This document shows positions 22,123-32,980 of a stretch of DNA of 34,654 nucleotides, one piece after another. Position 1 is the stretch's first letter; each line of letters starts with the position of its first letter. The notes below the pieces were generated by a model. The model had not been told where the DNA came from. It ran no database searches and saw nothing but the letters and a program-made list of their open reading frames with translations. Made by a program: the position numbers and the translations under genes. Location: assembly GCF_004010195.1 (NCBI RefSeq), contig NC_057756.1, positions 8,361,200-8,395,853 of the forward strand, read 5' to 3'. The stretch is from Chiloscyllium plagiosum (lineage: Eukaryota).

Positions 22123-23330
22123 TATCGATCCCCAAACTAATCCCACTGCCCCNNNNNNNNNNNNNNNNNNNNNNNNNNNNNNNNNNNNNNNNNNNNNNNN
22201 NNNNNNNNNNNNNNNNNNNNNNNNNNNNNNNNNNNNNNNNNNNNNNNNNNNNNNNNNNNNNNNNNNNNNNNNNNNNNNNNNNNNNNNNNNNNNNNNNNNN
22301 NNNNNNNNNNNNNNNNNNNNNNNNNNNNNNNNNNNNNNNNNNNNNNNNNNNNNNNNNNNNNNNNNNNNNNNNNNNNNNNNNNNNNNNNNNNNNNNNNNNN
22401 NNNNNNNNNNNNNNNNNNNNNNNNNNNNNNNNNNNNNNNNNNNNNNNNNNNNNNNNNNNNNNNNNNNNNNNNNNNNNNNNNNNNNNNNNNNNNNNNNNNN
22501 NNNNNNNNNNNNNNNNNNNNNNNNNNNNNNNNNNNNNNNNNNNNNNNNNNNNNNNNNNNNNNNNNNNNNNNNNNNNNNNNNNNNNNNNNNNNNNNNNNNN
22601 NNNNNNNNNNNNNNNNNNNNNNNNNNNNNNNNNNNNNNNNNNNNNNNNNNNNNNNNNNNNNNNNNNNNNNNNNNNNNNNNNNNNNNNNNNNNNNNNNNNN
22701 NNNNNNNNNNNNNNNNNNNNNNNNNNNNNNNNNNNNNNNNNNNNNNNNNNNNNNNNNNNNNNNNNNNNNNNNNNNNNNNNNNNNNNNNNNNNNNNNNNNN
22801 NNNNNNNNNNNNNNNNNNNNNNNNNNNNNNNNNNNNNNNNNNNNNNNNNNNNNNNNNNNNNNNNNNNNNNNNNNNNNNNNNNNNNNNNNNNNNNNNNNNN
22901 NNNNNNNNNNNNNNNNNNNNNNCTCTCTCTTCCCATAGCCCTGCATCAATCCCCAAACTAATCCCACTGCCCCCCGCTCTTTCCCCATAGCCCTGTATCA
23001 ATCCCCAAACTAATCCCACTGCCCCCCGCTCTCTCCCCATAGCCCTGTATCAATCCCCAAATAATCCCACTGCCCCGCTCTCTACCCATAGCACAGTATC
23101 GATCCCCAAACTAATCCCACTGCCCCGCTCTCTACCCATAGCACAGTATCGATCCCCAAACTAATCCCACTGCCCCACACACTCCCCATAGCCCAGTATC
23201 CATCCCCAAACTAATCCCACTGCCCCCACTCCCTCCTGATAGCACTGTATCAATCCCCAAACTAATCCCACTGCCCCCCGCTCTCTCCCCATAGCCCTGT
23301 ATCAATCCCCAAACTAATCCCACTGCCCCG
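22122..23330. repeat. About 52-bp minisatellite spanning a gap, just inside the GPCR intron near exon 1
   Basis: Unit CCCTGTATCAATCCCCAAACTAATCCCACTGCCCCCCGCTCTCTCCCCATAG present on both sides of the gap. Confidence 0.92.
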
Positions 23331-23510
23331 TGCTACCACTGAACCCCGTATTAATTCTGACCCTTGCTGTCAAAACTCTCCATCTCAGAAAAGTGAGATC
23401 TGGTTGCTCTTTGCCTCTCTGATGTGAAATATTCCCGGGTGTTGAGATGCCCCGACCCCATTACGGAAGTGCCAGGGCACTCAGTCGAGGAGTTTATGAG
23501 ACGGTCTTAC

Positions 23511-23580
23511 CTGGGATGCCAATGGCTGCCAAGGTGGGATAATAAATGGCATATCCCAGTCCAGTGAGGGGCCCATGCAT
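23511..23580 (-). CDS. GPR139/GPR142-like GPCR, coding exon 1 (MHGPLTGLGYAIYYPTLAAIGIP)
   Basis: AAAATG start; 70 nt ending CCA G|GTAAG; the phase-1 join to exon 2 (G+TG = Val) gives the family TM1 motif IYYP..AAIGIPVN. Confidence 0.9.
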
Positions 23581-23635
23581 TTTTCAGAGGAGTCTGTGAG
23601 TGGTTCACAGCCTGCATCTGACATCACAACACTTA

Positions 23636-23641
23636 CTTATA
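23636..23641 (-). promoter_or_regulatory. Candidate TATA box of the GPCR gene
   Basis: TATAAG about 55 nt upstream of the ATG, in non-repetitive sequence. Confidence 0.35.
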
Positions 23642-23769
23642 CCACTCGGTGAAACCTCCAGAGAGACTAAGAGGACCTGGGATTACTTCTGTAACTTCCA
23701 GTCTTCTGAACAAACAAGTCAAGTCTCTGGTGGTTATAAAAAGCTCTTTTTTTTTCCTGATCTCCCCTG

Positions 23770-24215
23770 TATTGAATTGAATTTATTGCCACGTGTACCG
23801 AGGCACAGTGAAAAGCTTTGTTTTGTGGGCAGATCTCAGAATGAAGTGGCGTAGTTAAGTAAATATTAGGTAAACAGCGGCAAAAAAACAGATACAGGCC
23901 AATGTTAAGAGTTTGTGAGTCCGTTCACGATTCTAACAACAGGAGGGTAGAAACTGTTTGGAAACCGCCCGGTGCGTGTGGTCTGTACCTTCTCCCCGAT
24001 GGTAGAAAAACGTTGCCAGGGTGGGACAGATCTTTGAGAACGCTGGCGGCCTTTCCTTGACAGCGAGGCCTGGAAGGTGGATTCTATAGATGGGAGGTTG
24101 GGCCTTTGGAATTGTCCGGACCGAGTTCACCCCACTCTCTGTAACCGTCTCCGATCTTGAACGGTACAGTGACGCTTCCAGACAGATTGCTCTCGATGGC
24201 ACCTGTAGACTCCTG
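23770..24215 (-). mobile_element. Rex1/Babar-type LINE 3' fragment
   Basis: Reverse-complement similarity to 790-1195 (IPKAQPPIYRI; AAACAAAGCTTTTCACTGTGCC...AATAAATTCAATTCAAT tail). Confidence 0.7.
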
Positions 24216-24329
24216 CCAGGAACAATACCGAACCTGGAAAATCATGGGATTGCCATCATTTACAAGTTCCCCTGATAATCATCACCGTCGCACGATGTAC
24301 GTTTTATTTTCCGGTTCTGAAGTGCCGGT

Positions 24330-24570
24330 TGAAGGTATATCTCGGAAGGTACTGAACCCGTGGAATTCTGCACACTGTGGTCAAGTGTGGTTTGTCGAAC
24401 GTGCTCAAGGCTGAGATGGACAGGCTTTTAAAATCTAAGGTCGTGGGGGTAAAGGGAGGAACGTCAAGTTGAGGATGATCAGATTTGTCACAGTCTCGTT
24501 GAATGGGGGGGGGGGAGAAGCAGACTCGATGGGCCGAATGGCCAATTGCTTCTTCCATTTGCTGTCTGGG
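24330..24570 (+). mobile_element. Decayed CR1-clade LINE 3' end
   Basis: GTGGAATTCT...CAAGGCTGAGATGGACAGGCTTTT...GATGGGCCGAATGGCC. Confidence 0.6.
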
Positions 24571-24634
24571 ACTTGAATGTGACTTTTTCATGAAAGACGA
24601 TTGAACGTGTAGGGTTATTAAGTTTCTGAGACAT

Positions 24635-24960
24635 TCTGGAATCCCTCCAGTGCAGCAAGACGTCATTCGGCCCATCGAGGCTGTTGTGACCCTCTGAAGA
24701 GCAGCCCACCCAGACTAACCCCCGCCATGCAACCCTGCATTTCCCAAGGCTAATCTGTCTAGCCTGCACACCTCTGCAGACTATGGACAATTTACGTTGG
24801 CCAATCCACCCTAGCCTGCATACCTTGGGATTGGGACGGCACTTGATGGAAACCTGGGGAGAACGTGCAAACTCCACACAGACAGTCGCCTGAGGCTGGA
24901 ATTGAACCCGGGTCCCTGGTGCTGTGAGGCAGCAGTGCTAACCACTGAGCCACTGTGCTG
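24635..24960 (-). mobile_element. HE1-type SINE
   Basis: Minus strand reads GCACAGTGGCTCAGTGGTTAGCACTGCTGCCTCACAGCACCAGGGACCCGGGTTCAATTCC. Confidence 0.88.
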
Positions 24961-24964
24961 AAAA

Positions 24965-25590
24965 ATAAAGGACTCAGAAAGTCTAAGCTCTCACTTTCGT
25001 GAAATAATCCAGGTAAAATACTGAGAAAGTGTAAGATCTCAGTTATGGAATTAATCCTGGTTAAAAAAAAATGAGCAAGTCTAAGCTCTCAGTTATATGA
25101 TTAATCCAGGTAAAATACTGAGAAAGTAGAAGCTCTCAGCTGTGTGAATAATCCATGTAAAAAACTGAGAAAGTCTAAGCTCTCAGTTATATGATTAATC
25201 CAGGTTAAAAAGTGAGAAAGTCAAAACTCTTAACCATGTGATTAATCAAGGTAAAAGACTCAAAGTCTAAGCTCTCAGTTATGTAATTAATCCGAGTAAA
25301 ATATTGGGAAAGTCTAAGGTCTTAGCTGTGTGATTAATCCAGGTAAAAGACTGAGGAAGTCTAAGCTCTCAGTTATGTAATTAATCCAGATAAAAAACCG
25401 AGGAAGTCTAAACTCTTAGCTGTGTGATTAATCCAGGTAAAAAACAGAGAAAGTCGAAGCTCTCAGTTACGTGATTAATCCAGATAAAAAAAAACGAGGC
25501 AGTCTAAGCTCTTGGTTATATGATTAATCCAGATAAAAGGTTTGATAAAGTCTAAACTCTCAGCTGTGTGTTTAAGCCAGCTAAAGACTC
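24965..25590. repeat. AT-rich ~47-bp minisatellite, about 13 diverged copies
   Basis: Unit GAGAAAGTCTAAGCTCTCAGTTATGTGATTAATCCAGGTAAAATACT. Confidence 0.92.
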
Positions 25591-25629
25591 TGTTTAAGAG
25601 ACAGCAGATCTTTGTGATCAGGGCACAGG

Positions 25630-25870
25630 TTGATAAGGGCAAAGAAGAGGCTATTATGTTCCCCTTGGATATGTTCGGCGATGGAGACCAAGTCAGGGGT
25701 TCTTCTGAGATGTTGAAAGCTGTACTGTGCCTCTGGGAGTATTCCCCTGCTCTCTCGACACAGACAAGTCTGAAGTGTGCAGCCGAACCTTCCCTCTTCT
25801 GTACTAATGTGAAATATCTTAACAGTTGACTCTTTACGAGCTGACTTCCTTCATTGAAGACAGTTAAAAC
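25630..25870 (-). mobile_element. Old RTE-clade LINE RT remnant
   Basis: ILPEAQYSFQHLRRTPDLVSIAEHIQ...LFFALINL resembles the RTE pattern LPESQCGFR..RST.DMIF..RQLQ..LY.AFIDL. Confidence 0.5.
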
Positions 25871-26321
25871 TGTTAAAGGTGTGTGATTTATGGATTTAAA
25901 AGTTTGCATCTCAAACTAATGGCATGTGGGTGTTAGTCAATTTTTATGAACACAATAAAAATTAATATGGTCAGTCTTCCCAGCACCATGATAGCGTAGC
26001 AGAAAGAAGCTGATTGGAAGGCTTCCTGCAGTGTTAATGGAAGTCTAGGCTTCCTGCAGTGTTAATGGAAGTCTATGTACACTGTGTGGGGGCTTACAAA
26101 GGAGAGAGATAACATTGAGCCATTAGCTTCAGCAGAAAGACAATTTGGCATGTTTTTTTTTGAAAAAGTGGCTAAAAAGGCTTAGGTTCATTTAGAAGTC
26201 AGATGCAAATGTTGCCATTCTTGGAAAAATAAGATTTTTCAGAGCTGTTCAGGGAATAAGCTACCTCTGTGGCAATTATGAATGTTCCAGACCAGGAGTG
26301 TTGGTTAGTACTCTACAGATT

Positions 26322-26445
26322 ATTAAAAAGCTGAGAAAGTCTAAGCTCTCAGATTGTGTGAATAATCCAGGTAAAAATACTGAGAAAATTTAAGCTTGTT
26401 AGTTCTGTGATTGATTGAGGTAAAATACCAAGTAGGTTTAAGCTA
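26322..26445. repeat. Continuation of the ~47-bp minisatellite (2-3 copies)
   Basis: CTGAGAAAGTCTAAGCTCTCAGATTGTGTGAATAATCCAGGTAAAAATACTGAGAAA. Confidence 0.85.
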
Positions 26446-26457
26446 TCAGTGTGTGTG

Positions 26458-27357
26458 TGAGGGGCTTGGATAGTGTGAATAGTCCAGGTCTTTTCCCAAG
26501 AGTAGGGGAATCCAAAGCGAAAGGGCATAGGATTAAGCTGGGAGGGTAAAGATTTAAAAGGGATGTGAGGGGTAACATTTTTACGCAGAGGGTGGTGCGT
26601 GTATGGAACAAGCTGCCAGAGGAAGTGGTGGAGGCTGGTACAATGACAACATTTAAAAAGCATCTGGATGGAGACATGGATAGGAAAGGTCTAGAGAGAT
26701 ATGGCAGATAAATGTGAGGTGTTGCATTTTGGGAAAGCAAATGTTAGCAGGTCTTATACACTTAATGGTAAAGTCCTAGGGAGTGTTGCTGAACAAAGAG
26801 ACCTTGGAGTGCAGGTTCATAGCTCCTTGAAAGTGGAGTCGCAGGTAGGTAGGATAGTGAAGAAGGCGTTTTCGGAGGCTGAGGGGTGACCTTATAGAGG
26901 TTTACAAAATTATGAGGGGCATAGATAGGGTAAATAGACAAGATCTTTTCCCCCTGGGGTGGGGGGAGTCCAGAACTAGAGGGCATAGGTTTAGAATGAG
27001 AGGGGAAAGATATAAAAGAGACCTAAGGGGCAACTTTTTCACGGAGAGGGTGGTACGTGTATGGAATGAGCTGCCAGAGGAAGTGGTGGAGGCTGGTACA
27101 ATTGTAACATTTAAGAGGCATTTGGATGGGTATATGAATAGGAAGGGTTTGGAGGGATATGGGATGGGTGCTGGCCGGTGGGACTAGATTGGGTTAGGAT
27201 ATCTGGTCGGCATGGACGGGTTGGACCAAAGGGTCTGTTTCCGTGCTGGACATCTCTATGACTGTATGACTCTATTGGGTTGGGATATCTGGGTCGGCAT
27301 GGACGGGTTGGACCGAAGGGTCTGTTTCCGTGCTGGACATCTCTATGACTGTATGAC
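26458..27357 (+). mobile_element. Two fused CR1 3' fragments with an internal deletion and a duplicated 3' tail
   Basis: DKCEVLHFGKAN, AEQRDLGVQVHSSLKV, RVVRVWNELPEEVVEAG; tail repeated at about 27188-27270 and 27275-27357. Confidence 0.9.
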
Positions 27358-27424
27358 CAAACACTGGCAAATGAATTGAGTTGCTTCGTGTGATAATCAC
27401 ATATTTAGATTCAGGAAATGGATG

Positions 27425-27525
27425 GGAGAGACAAAAAGTGCTGGAGTAACTCAGCAGATCTGTGGAGTGAGAGAGAGAGACACAGAGAGAGTGAATATTT
27501 CGAGTCCCGTGTCCTTCTTCAGTCT
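27425..27525 (-). mobile_element. Degenerate Penelope-like terminus
   Basis: AAGTGCTGGAGTAACTCAGCAG; minus-strand CTGAAGAAGG...CTCGAAA. Confidence 0.45.
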
Positions 27526-27619
27526 ATGTCGAATCAGCAGAAGAGAACGCTGAAATTGAGACGTGGCAGATAAAATGAGCCAAGACACAGCTTAAAATGA
27601 ACCATCTCACCTTACAGGG

Positions 27620-29140
27620 AAGTGAAAAGTGGGGTCGGTGAGAGTGAAGAAAGGTTACAAAGGCATCTTGCTCAATTGAGCCGAGAGGCTGAGGAGTGGC
27701 AGGCGGAGTTTAATTCGGATAAATGCAGGGTATTGCATTTTGGTAACACGAACAAGGGCAGACTTACACAATTATTGGTAGGGCCTTGGGTAACGTCACA
27801 GGGCAGAGGGACCTCGTGGGGTTCGGCGACATGATTCTTTGATTCGGAGATGCCGGTGTTGGACTGGGGTGCACAAAGTTAAAAAAAATCACACAACACC
27901 AGGTTATAGCCCAACAGGGTTTAATTGGAAGCACTAGCTTTCGGAGCGTCGCTCCTTCATCAGCTGGTTGTGGAGGGCACAGAATTTATAGCAAGAGTTT
28001 ACAGTGTGATGTAACTGAAATTAGACATTGAAAAAGACCTTGATTGTCTGTTGAGTCTGTGTAAATGTGTAAATCACAAAACCTTTTTTTAAACGTTGCA
28101 TTCTCAGGTTAACTGTAACAATTGGTGTTGGCGAGACAATACGTTAAAACTCTGTTATCTCACTTTTTAGATTAGAATCGATCCAAACGTCATGGCATAG
28201 ACAGAGAACACAGGGGGCTAACACCTTCAACGTATTGTCTCGCTATCACCATTGTTACAGTTAACCTGAGAATGCAACGTTTAAAAAAAGGTTTTGTGAA
28301 ACTACCATGGTATTCGAACAGATGAAAGACTCAACAGACAATCAAGGTCTTTTTCAATGTGTAATTTCAGTTACATCACATGGTAAATTTCTGCTATAAA
28401 TCATGTGCCTTATAATTGTATCCTCCTGCTGAAGGAGCGACGCTCCGAAAGCTAGTGTGCTTCCAATTAAACCTGTTGGACTATAACCTGGTGTTGTGTG
28501 ATTTTTAAACACCATTCTTTGAAGTTGGCATCACAGGGAGACAGGGTGGGTAAGAAGGTGTTCAGCACGCTCAGAGCTTTCAGGACAGGGAGCTGGGGAA
28601 CGTCACGTTGAGGTTATATAGGACGTTGGTGAGGCTTCGTCTGGAGATCTGAGTCCAGTTCTGGTCACCCCGTTACAGAAAGGACCTGGAGAGGGTTTGG
28701 GGGGGGAAGATTGACCAGGAGGTTGCCGGGAATGGGGGTGGGGTTTGGGTTAGGAGAGGCTGAACAGGCTGGGGCTGTTTTCCTTGGAGCGTCGGAGGCT
28801 GAGGGGTGACCTTATAGGGGTTTATAAAATCACGAGGGGAATAGATTAGGTGAATTAGCTAGTTCCCCGCCCCCGCCCCCCCTCCACACCCCGGGGTAGG
28901 GGAGTCCAATACAAGAGGTTTAAGGTAAGAGGGTAGAGTGACCATTTTCACCCAGAGGGTGATAGGTGATTGGCATAAGCTGACAGAGGAAGTGGTAGAG
29001 GCATTTATATGGCCAGGTACATGGATAGGAGAGGTTTTGAGGGAGATGGGCCAAATGGGGCTAGTTCAGTTTGGGAAACCCATGGATGAGTAGGGCCGAA
29101 GGGTCTCATTTCGTGCCGAATACCTCTCTCATGCCATCTC
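27620..29140 (+). mobile_element. Decayed CR1 RT/3' fragment, split by a fold-back insert
   Basis: RLQRHLAQLSREAEEWQAEFNSDKCRVLHFG; resumes after 28510 with GTCCAGTTCTGGTCACC and GGAGGCTGAGGGGTGACCTTATAG. Confidence 0.85.
27841..28510. mobile_element. Penelope-derived fold-back element, about 670 bp, with long inverted arms and hammerhead-like cores
   Basis: 27878-28146 is complementary to 28228-28509; same family as 12922-13168; ATTCTTTGA occurs on both flanks. Confidence 0.8.
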
Positions 29141-29189
29141 ATAGTGTCGTAGTGTGAGTGTGTGCCAAATTACATTGACAACCATCGCA

Positions 29190-30185
29190 AAAGGTACAAC
29201 TGAAACATTGGAATTAATCTTTCGCCAGCAGTGCTGAGTGGATGATCTATCTCGACCTCCTCCGGTGGTCCCCAGTGTCACAGATACCAGCCAATTCGAT
29301 TCACTCCAAGGCATTGGGCCCTGATGACGTTCTGGCAATATTGCCGAAGGCTTGTGCTCCAGAACTTGTCGCTACACCCAGCCAAGCTGCCCCAGTACAG
29401 TTACAACACTGTATGCAAAAAGCAGGACAAATCCAACCCGGCCAATTCCTGCCTCATCCGTCCGCTCTCCATCATCAGTAAAATAACAGTGCTATCAAGC
29501 AGTGCCCGCTCAGCGATAACCTGCTCAGTGATGCCCCATTTAGGCTCCATTCAGCTCCAGGCCTTGGGCCTAGACGTGGAACAGTGGAGCTGAGGTTCCC
29601 CGAGGGGGTGGGGATGGGGGTGGGGGGAAGAGAGTGCCAGCCCTCGACATCGAGGGAGCCCTGGTGAGACTGGACTCGGGTATCAAGGGGCCAACTCTGT
29701 GCTAGTTAGAGTCATACCTGGCGCAAGGGAAGGTGGTTGTGGTTGTTGGAGGGTCAGTCTGCTCAGCTCCAGGACATCCCTGCAGGAATCCCTCAGGGTA
29801 GTGTCCCAGGCCCCAACCATCTTCAGCTGCTTCATCAATGACCCTCCACCGTAAGCTCAGAGGTGGGGATGCTCCCCTGACGGTTACACCATGTTCAGCA
29901 CCATTCGGCCCCTCCCTCAGATACTGAAGCACTCCGTGTCTAAATGCACCAATATCTGGACAATATCCAGGCTTGGGCTGACCAGGGGCAAGTTAGACTT
30001 GCACCACAAGAATGCCAAGTTATGCCCATCACCAGTAAGAGACAATCTACCCATCGCCACCTTGACATTCAATGATGTTACCACCACTGAATACACCACT
30101 ATCAACATCCTGGGGGTTACCATTGACCAGAAATTCAATTGCATGCACCACATAAACATAGTGGCTACAAGAACAGGTCAGAGTC
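29190..30185 (+). mobile_element. Second-family CR1-clade LINE RT fragment
   Basis: KALGPDDVLAILPKACAPEL, KQDKSNPANSCLIRPLSIISK, GIPQGSV...PTIFSCFIND, INILGVTIDQK. Confidence 0.8.
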
Positions 30186-31730
30186 AAAGAGTCACAGGGA
30201 ATGTACAGCACCCTTCGGTCCAACCCGTCCAGATATCCCAACCCAATCTAGTCCCACCTGCCAGCACCCGGCCCATATCCCTCCAAACCCTTCCTATTCA
30301 TATACCCATCCAAATGCCTCTTAAATGTTGCAATTGTACCAGCCTCCACCACTTCCTCTGGCAGCTCATTCCANNNNNNNNNNNNNNNNNNNNNNNNNNN
30401 NNNNNNNNNNNNNNNNNNNNNNNNNNNNNNNNNNNNNNNNNNNNNNNNNNNNNNNNNNNNNNNNNNNNNNNNNNNNNNNNNNNNNNNNNNNNNNNNNNNN
30501 NNNNNNNNNNNNNNNNNNNNNNNNNNNNNNNNNNNNNNNNNNNNNNNNNNNNNNNNNNNNNNNNNNNNNNNNNNNNNNNNNNNNNNNNNNNNNNNNNNNN
30601 NNNNNNNNNNNNNNNNNNNNNNNNNNNNNNNNNNNNNNNNNNNNNNNNNNNNNNNNNNNNNNNNNNNNNNNNNNNNNNNNNNNNNNNNNNNNNNNNNNNN
30701 NNNNNNNNNNNNNNNNNNNNNNNNNNNNNNNNNNNNNNNNNNNNNNNNNNNNNNNNNNNNNNNNNNNNNNNNNNNNNNNNNNNNNNNNNNNNNNNNNNNN
30801 NNNNNNNNNNNNNNNNNNNNNNNNNNNNNNNNNNNNNNNNNNNNNNNNNNNNNNNNNNNNNNNNNNNNNNNNNNNNNNNNNNNNNNNNNNNNNNNNNNNN
30901 NNNNNNNNNNNNNNNNNNNNNNNNNNNNNNNNNNNNNNNNNNNNNNNNNNNNNNNNNNNNNNNNNNNNNNNNNNNNNNNNNNNNNNNNNNNNNNNNNNNN
31001 NNNNNNNNNNNNNNNNNNNNNNNNNNNNNNNNNNNNNNNNNNNNNNNNNNNNNNNNNNNNNNNNNNNNNNNNNNNNNNNNNNNNNNNNNNNNNNNNNNNN
31101 NNNNNNNNNNNNNNNNNNNNNNNNNNNNNNNNNNNNNNNNNNNNNNNNNNNNNNNNNNNNNNNNNNNNNNNNNNNNNNNNNNNNNNNNNNNNNNNNNNNN
31201 NNNNNNNNNNNNNNNNNNNNNNNNNNNNNNNNNNNNNNNNNNNNNNNNNNNNNNNNNNNNNNNNNNNNNNNNNNNNNNNNNNNNNNNNNNNNNNNNNNNN
31301 NNNNNNNNNNNNNNNNNNNNNNNNNNNNNNNNNNNNNNNNNNNNNNNNNNNNNNNNNNNNNNNNCTCTTTGTTCAGCAACACTCCCTAGGACCTTACCAT
31401 TAAGTGTATAAGTCCTGCTAAGATTTGCTTTCCCAAAATGCAGCACCTCGCATTTATCTGAATTAAACTCCATCTGCCACTTCTCAGCCCATTGGCCCAT
31501 CTGATCAAGATCCTGTTGTAATCTGAGGTAACCCTCTTCGCTGTCCACTACACCTCCAATTTTGATGTCATCTGTAAACTTACTAACTGTACCTCTCATG
31601 CTCGCATCCAAATCATTTATGTAAATGATGAAAAGTAGAGGGCCCAGCACCGATCCTTGTGGCACTCCACTGGTCACAGGCCTCCAGTCTGAAAAACAAC
31701 CCTCCACCCCCACCCTCTGTCTTCTACCTT
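30185..31730 (-). mobile_element. Young CR1 LINE RT/3' fragment (gap 30375-31364)
   Basis: RRQRVGVEGCFSDWRPVTSGVPQGSVLGPLLFIIYINDLD, KFTDDIKIGG, WQMEFNSDKCEVLHFG. Confidence 0.93.
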
Positions 31731-31837
31731 GGGCTAGGGATACTGCAGTGAGTAACTCCCCTCCTGACTCCCAAAGCCTATTTACCACTTACAAGTCAGG
31801 AGGGTGAGGGAATACTCCCCACTTGCCCTGGATGGGG

Positions 31838-32065
31838 AGGACAATAGGTGAATGGGGGAGGGGATGGAGGTGATAGGTCAGAGGGGAGGGTGAGGAGAAG
31901 GTAGCAAAGAGTACAATAGGTGAATGGGGGTGGGGACGGAGGTGATAGGTCAGAGGGAGGGTGGAGGTGATAGGTCAGAAGGGAGGATGGAGTACATGGT
32001 TGAAGAGCTTCAGGGTAGAGGAGATGATCTGGCGGTTGCAGTGAGAGAGACTCACTGAGACCCAC
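31838..32065 (-). mobile_element. Probable Penelope-like fragments with short tandem duplications
   Basis: Purine-rich GGAGGTGATAGGTCAGAGG repeats similar to 34385-34425. Confidence 0.45.
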
Positions 32066-32174
32066 CTGCATCATCTATACCCCTGATGGTTTTATAATGG
32101 GAAATGGGACTGGATTAATTTAGGATATCTGGTCGGCATGGATGAGTTGGACCGAAGGGTCTGTTTCCATGTTC

Positions 32175-32650
32175 AGTCCCCCCCTCAACCTCCTACGCTT
32201 CCAGGGAAAATTGTCTCAGCATAGCTCGAGAAAGAAAATCGAGGAAATCGGCTCCAACGCTGAAATAAGAACCTCAAAGAGAAATGAGCAGGTCTTACAA
32301 CTACCCCATTCTCCAGTCCTCCATCTTGGATTCCCCGCAATCCTTCCCCTTCCCCTTCCACGTTGAGTTGGATCGGTTCAAATGTTCAAATCACACCTCC
32401 TTAAAACTCAAACCCTCCAGTCCCGGTAACATCTTCCTGCAGACTCTCCAAAGTCCTTCCTGTAGGAAGGGTGACCAGAACTGAACACAATATTCCACAA
32501 GTGACCTTATCCTTTATGGCCGTAATGTGACATCGCAACACCTACGTTCAGTGCTCTGACCAAGTGTGCCAAATGCCTTCTTTACCACCCTGTCTACCTG
32601 TGATGCCAACTTTAGGGAACTATGTACCTGAACCCTGTGGTCTGACACCA
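32175..32650 (-). mobile_element. Decayed CR1 fragment with an insert at about 32212-32397
   Basis: GGGTGACCAGAACTGAACACAATATTCC, CCAAATGCCTTCTTTACCACCCTGTCTACCTG. Confidence 0.75.
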
Positions 32651-32980
32651 CCACTCCCTCCCACCTTGGAGATTTCTTTTGAGTAGCGTCCTCTCTTTAC
32701 TCCCGTAACATGATGCGCTACTGTGGGGGGCCCTGTAACTCAAGATCTACACATTCGAACCATCATGCGCCCCCTCCCCTTTGCTCCCTTTTAAGGGATT
32801 GCCAAACATGGTGCGATTTGAACATCCGAACGATCCAGCTCAACTGAGAAGAAGGGCAGAGGAGGACTGCGGGGAATCCAAGATGGAGGACCGGAGAAAA
32901 CGGTGGTTTGGCAGAGTCGCTAATTTCTTTTTGCAGTTTTCTTCAGCGTTGGAGATGATATCCTCGAATTTTCGTCTCTT
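32230..32980. repeat. Pair of diverged ~170-bp inverted repeats (32230-32397 and 32810-32980)
   Basis: TCTCCAGTCCTCCATCTTGGATTCCCCGCA pairs with TGCGGGGAATCCAAGATGGAGGACCGGAGA, and GTTGAGTTGGATCGGTTC with GAACGATCCAGCTCAAC. Confidence 0.8.
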
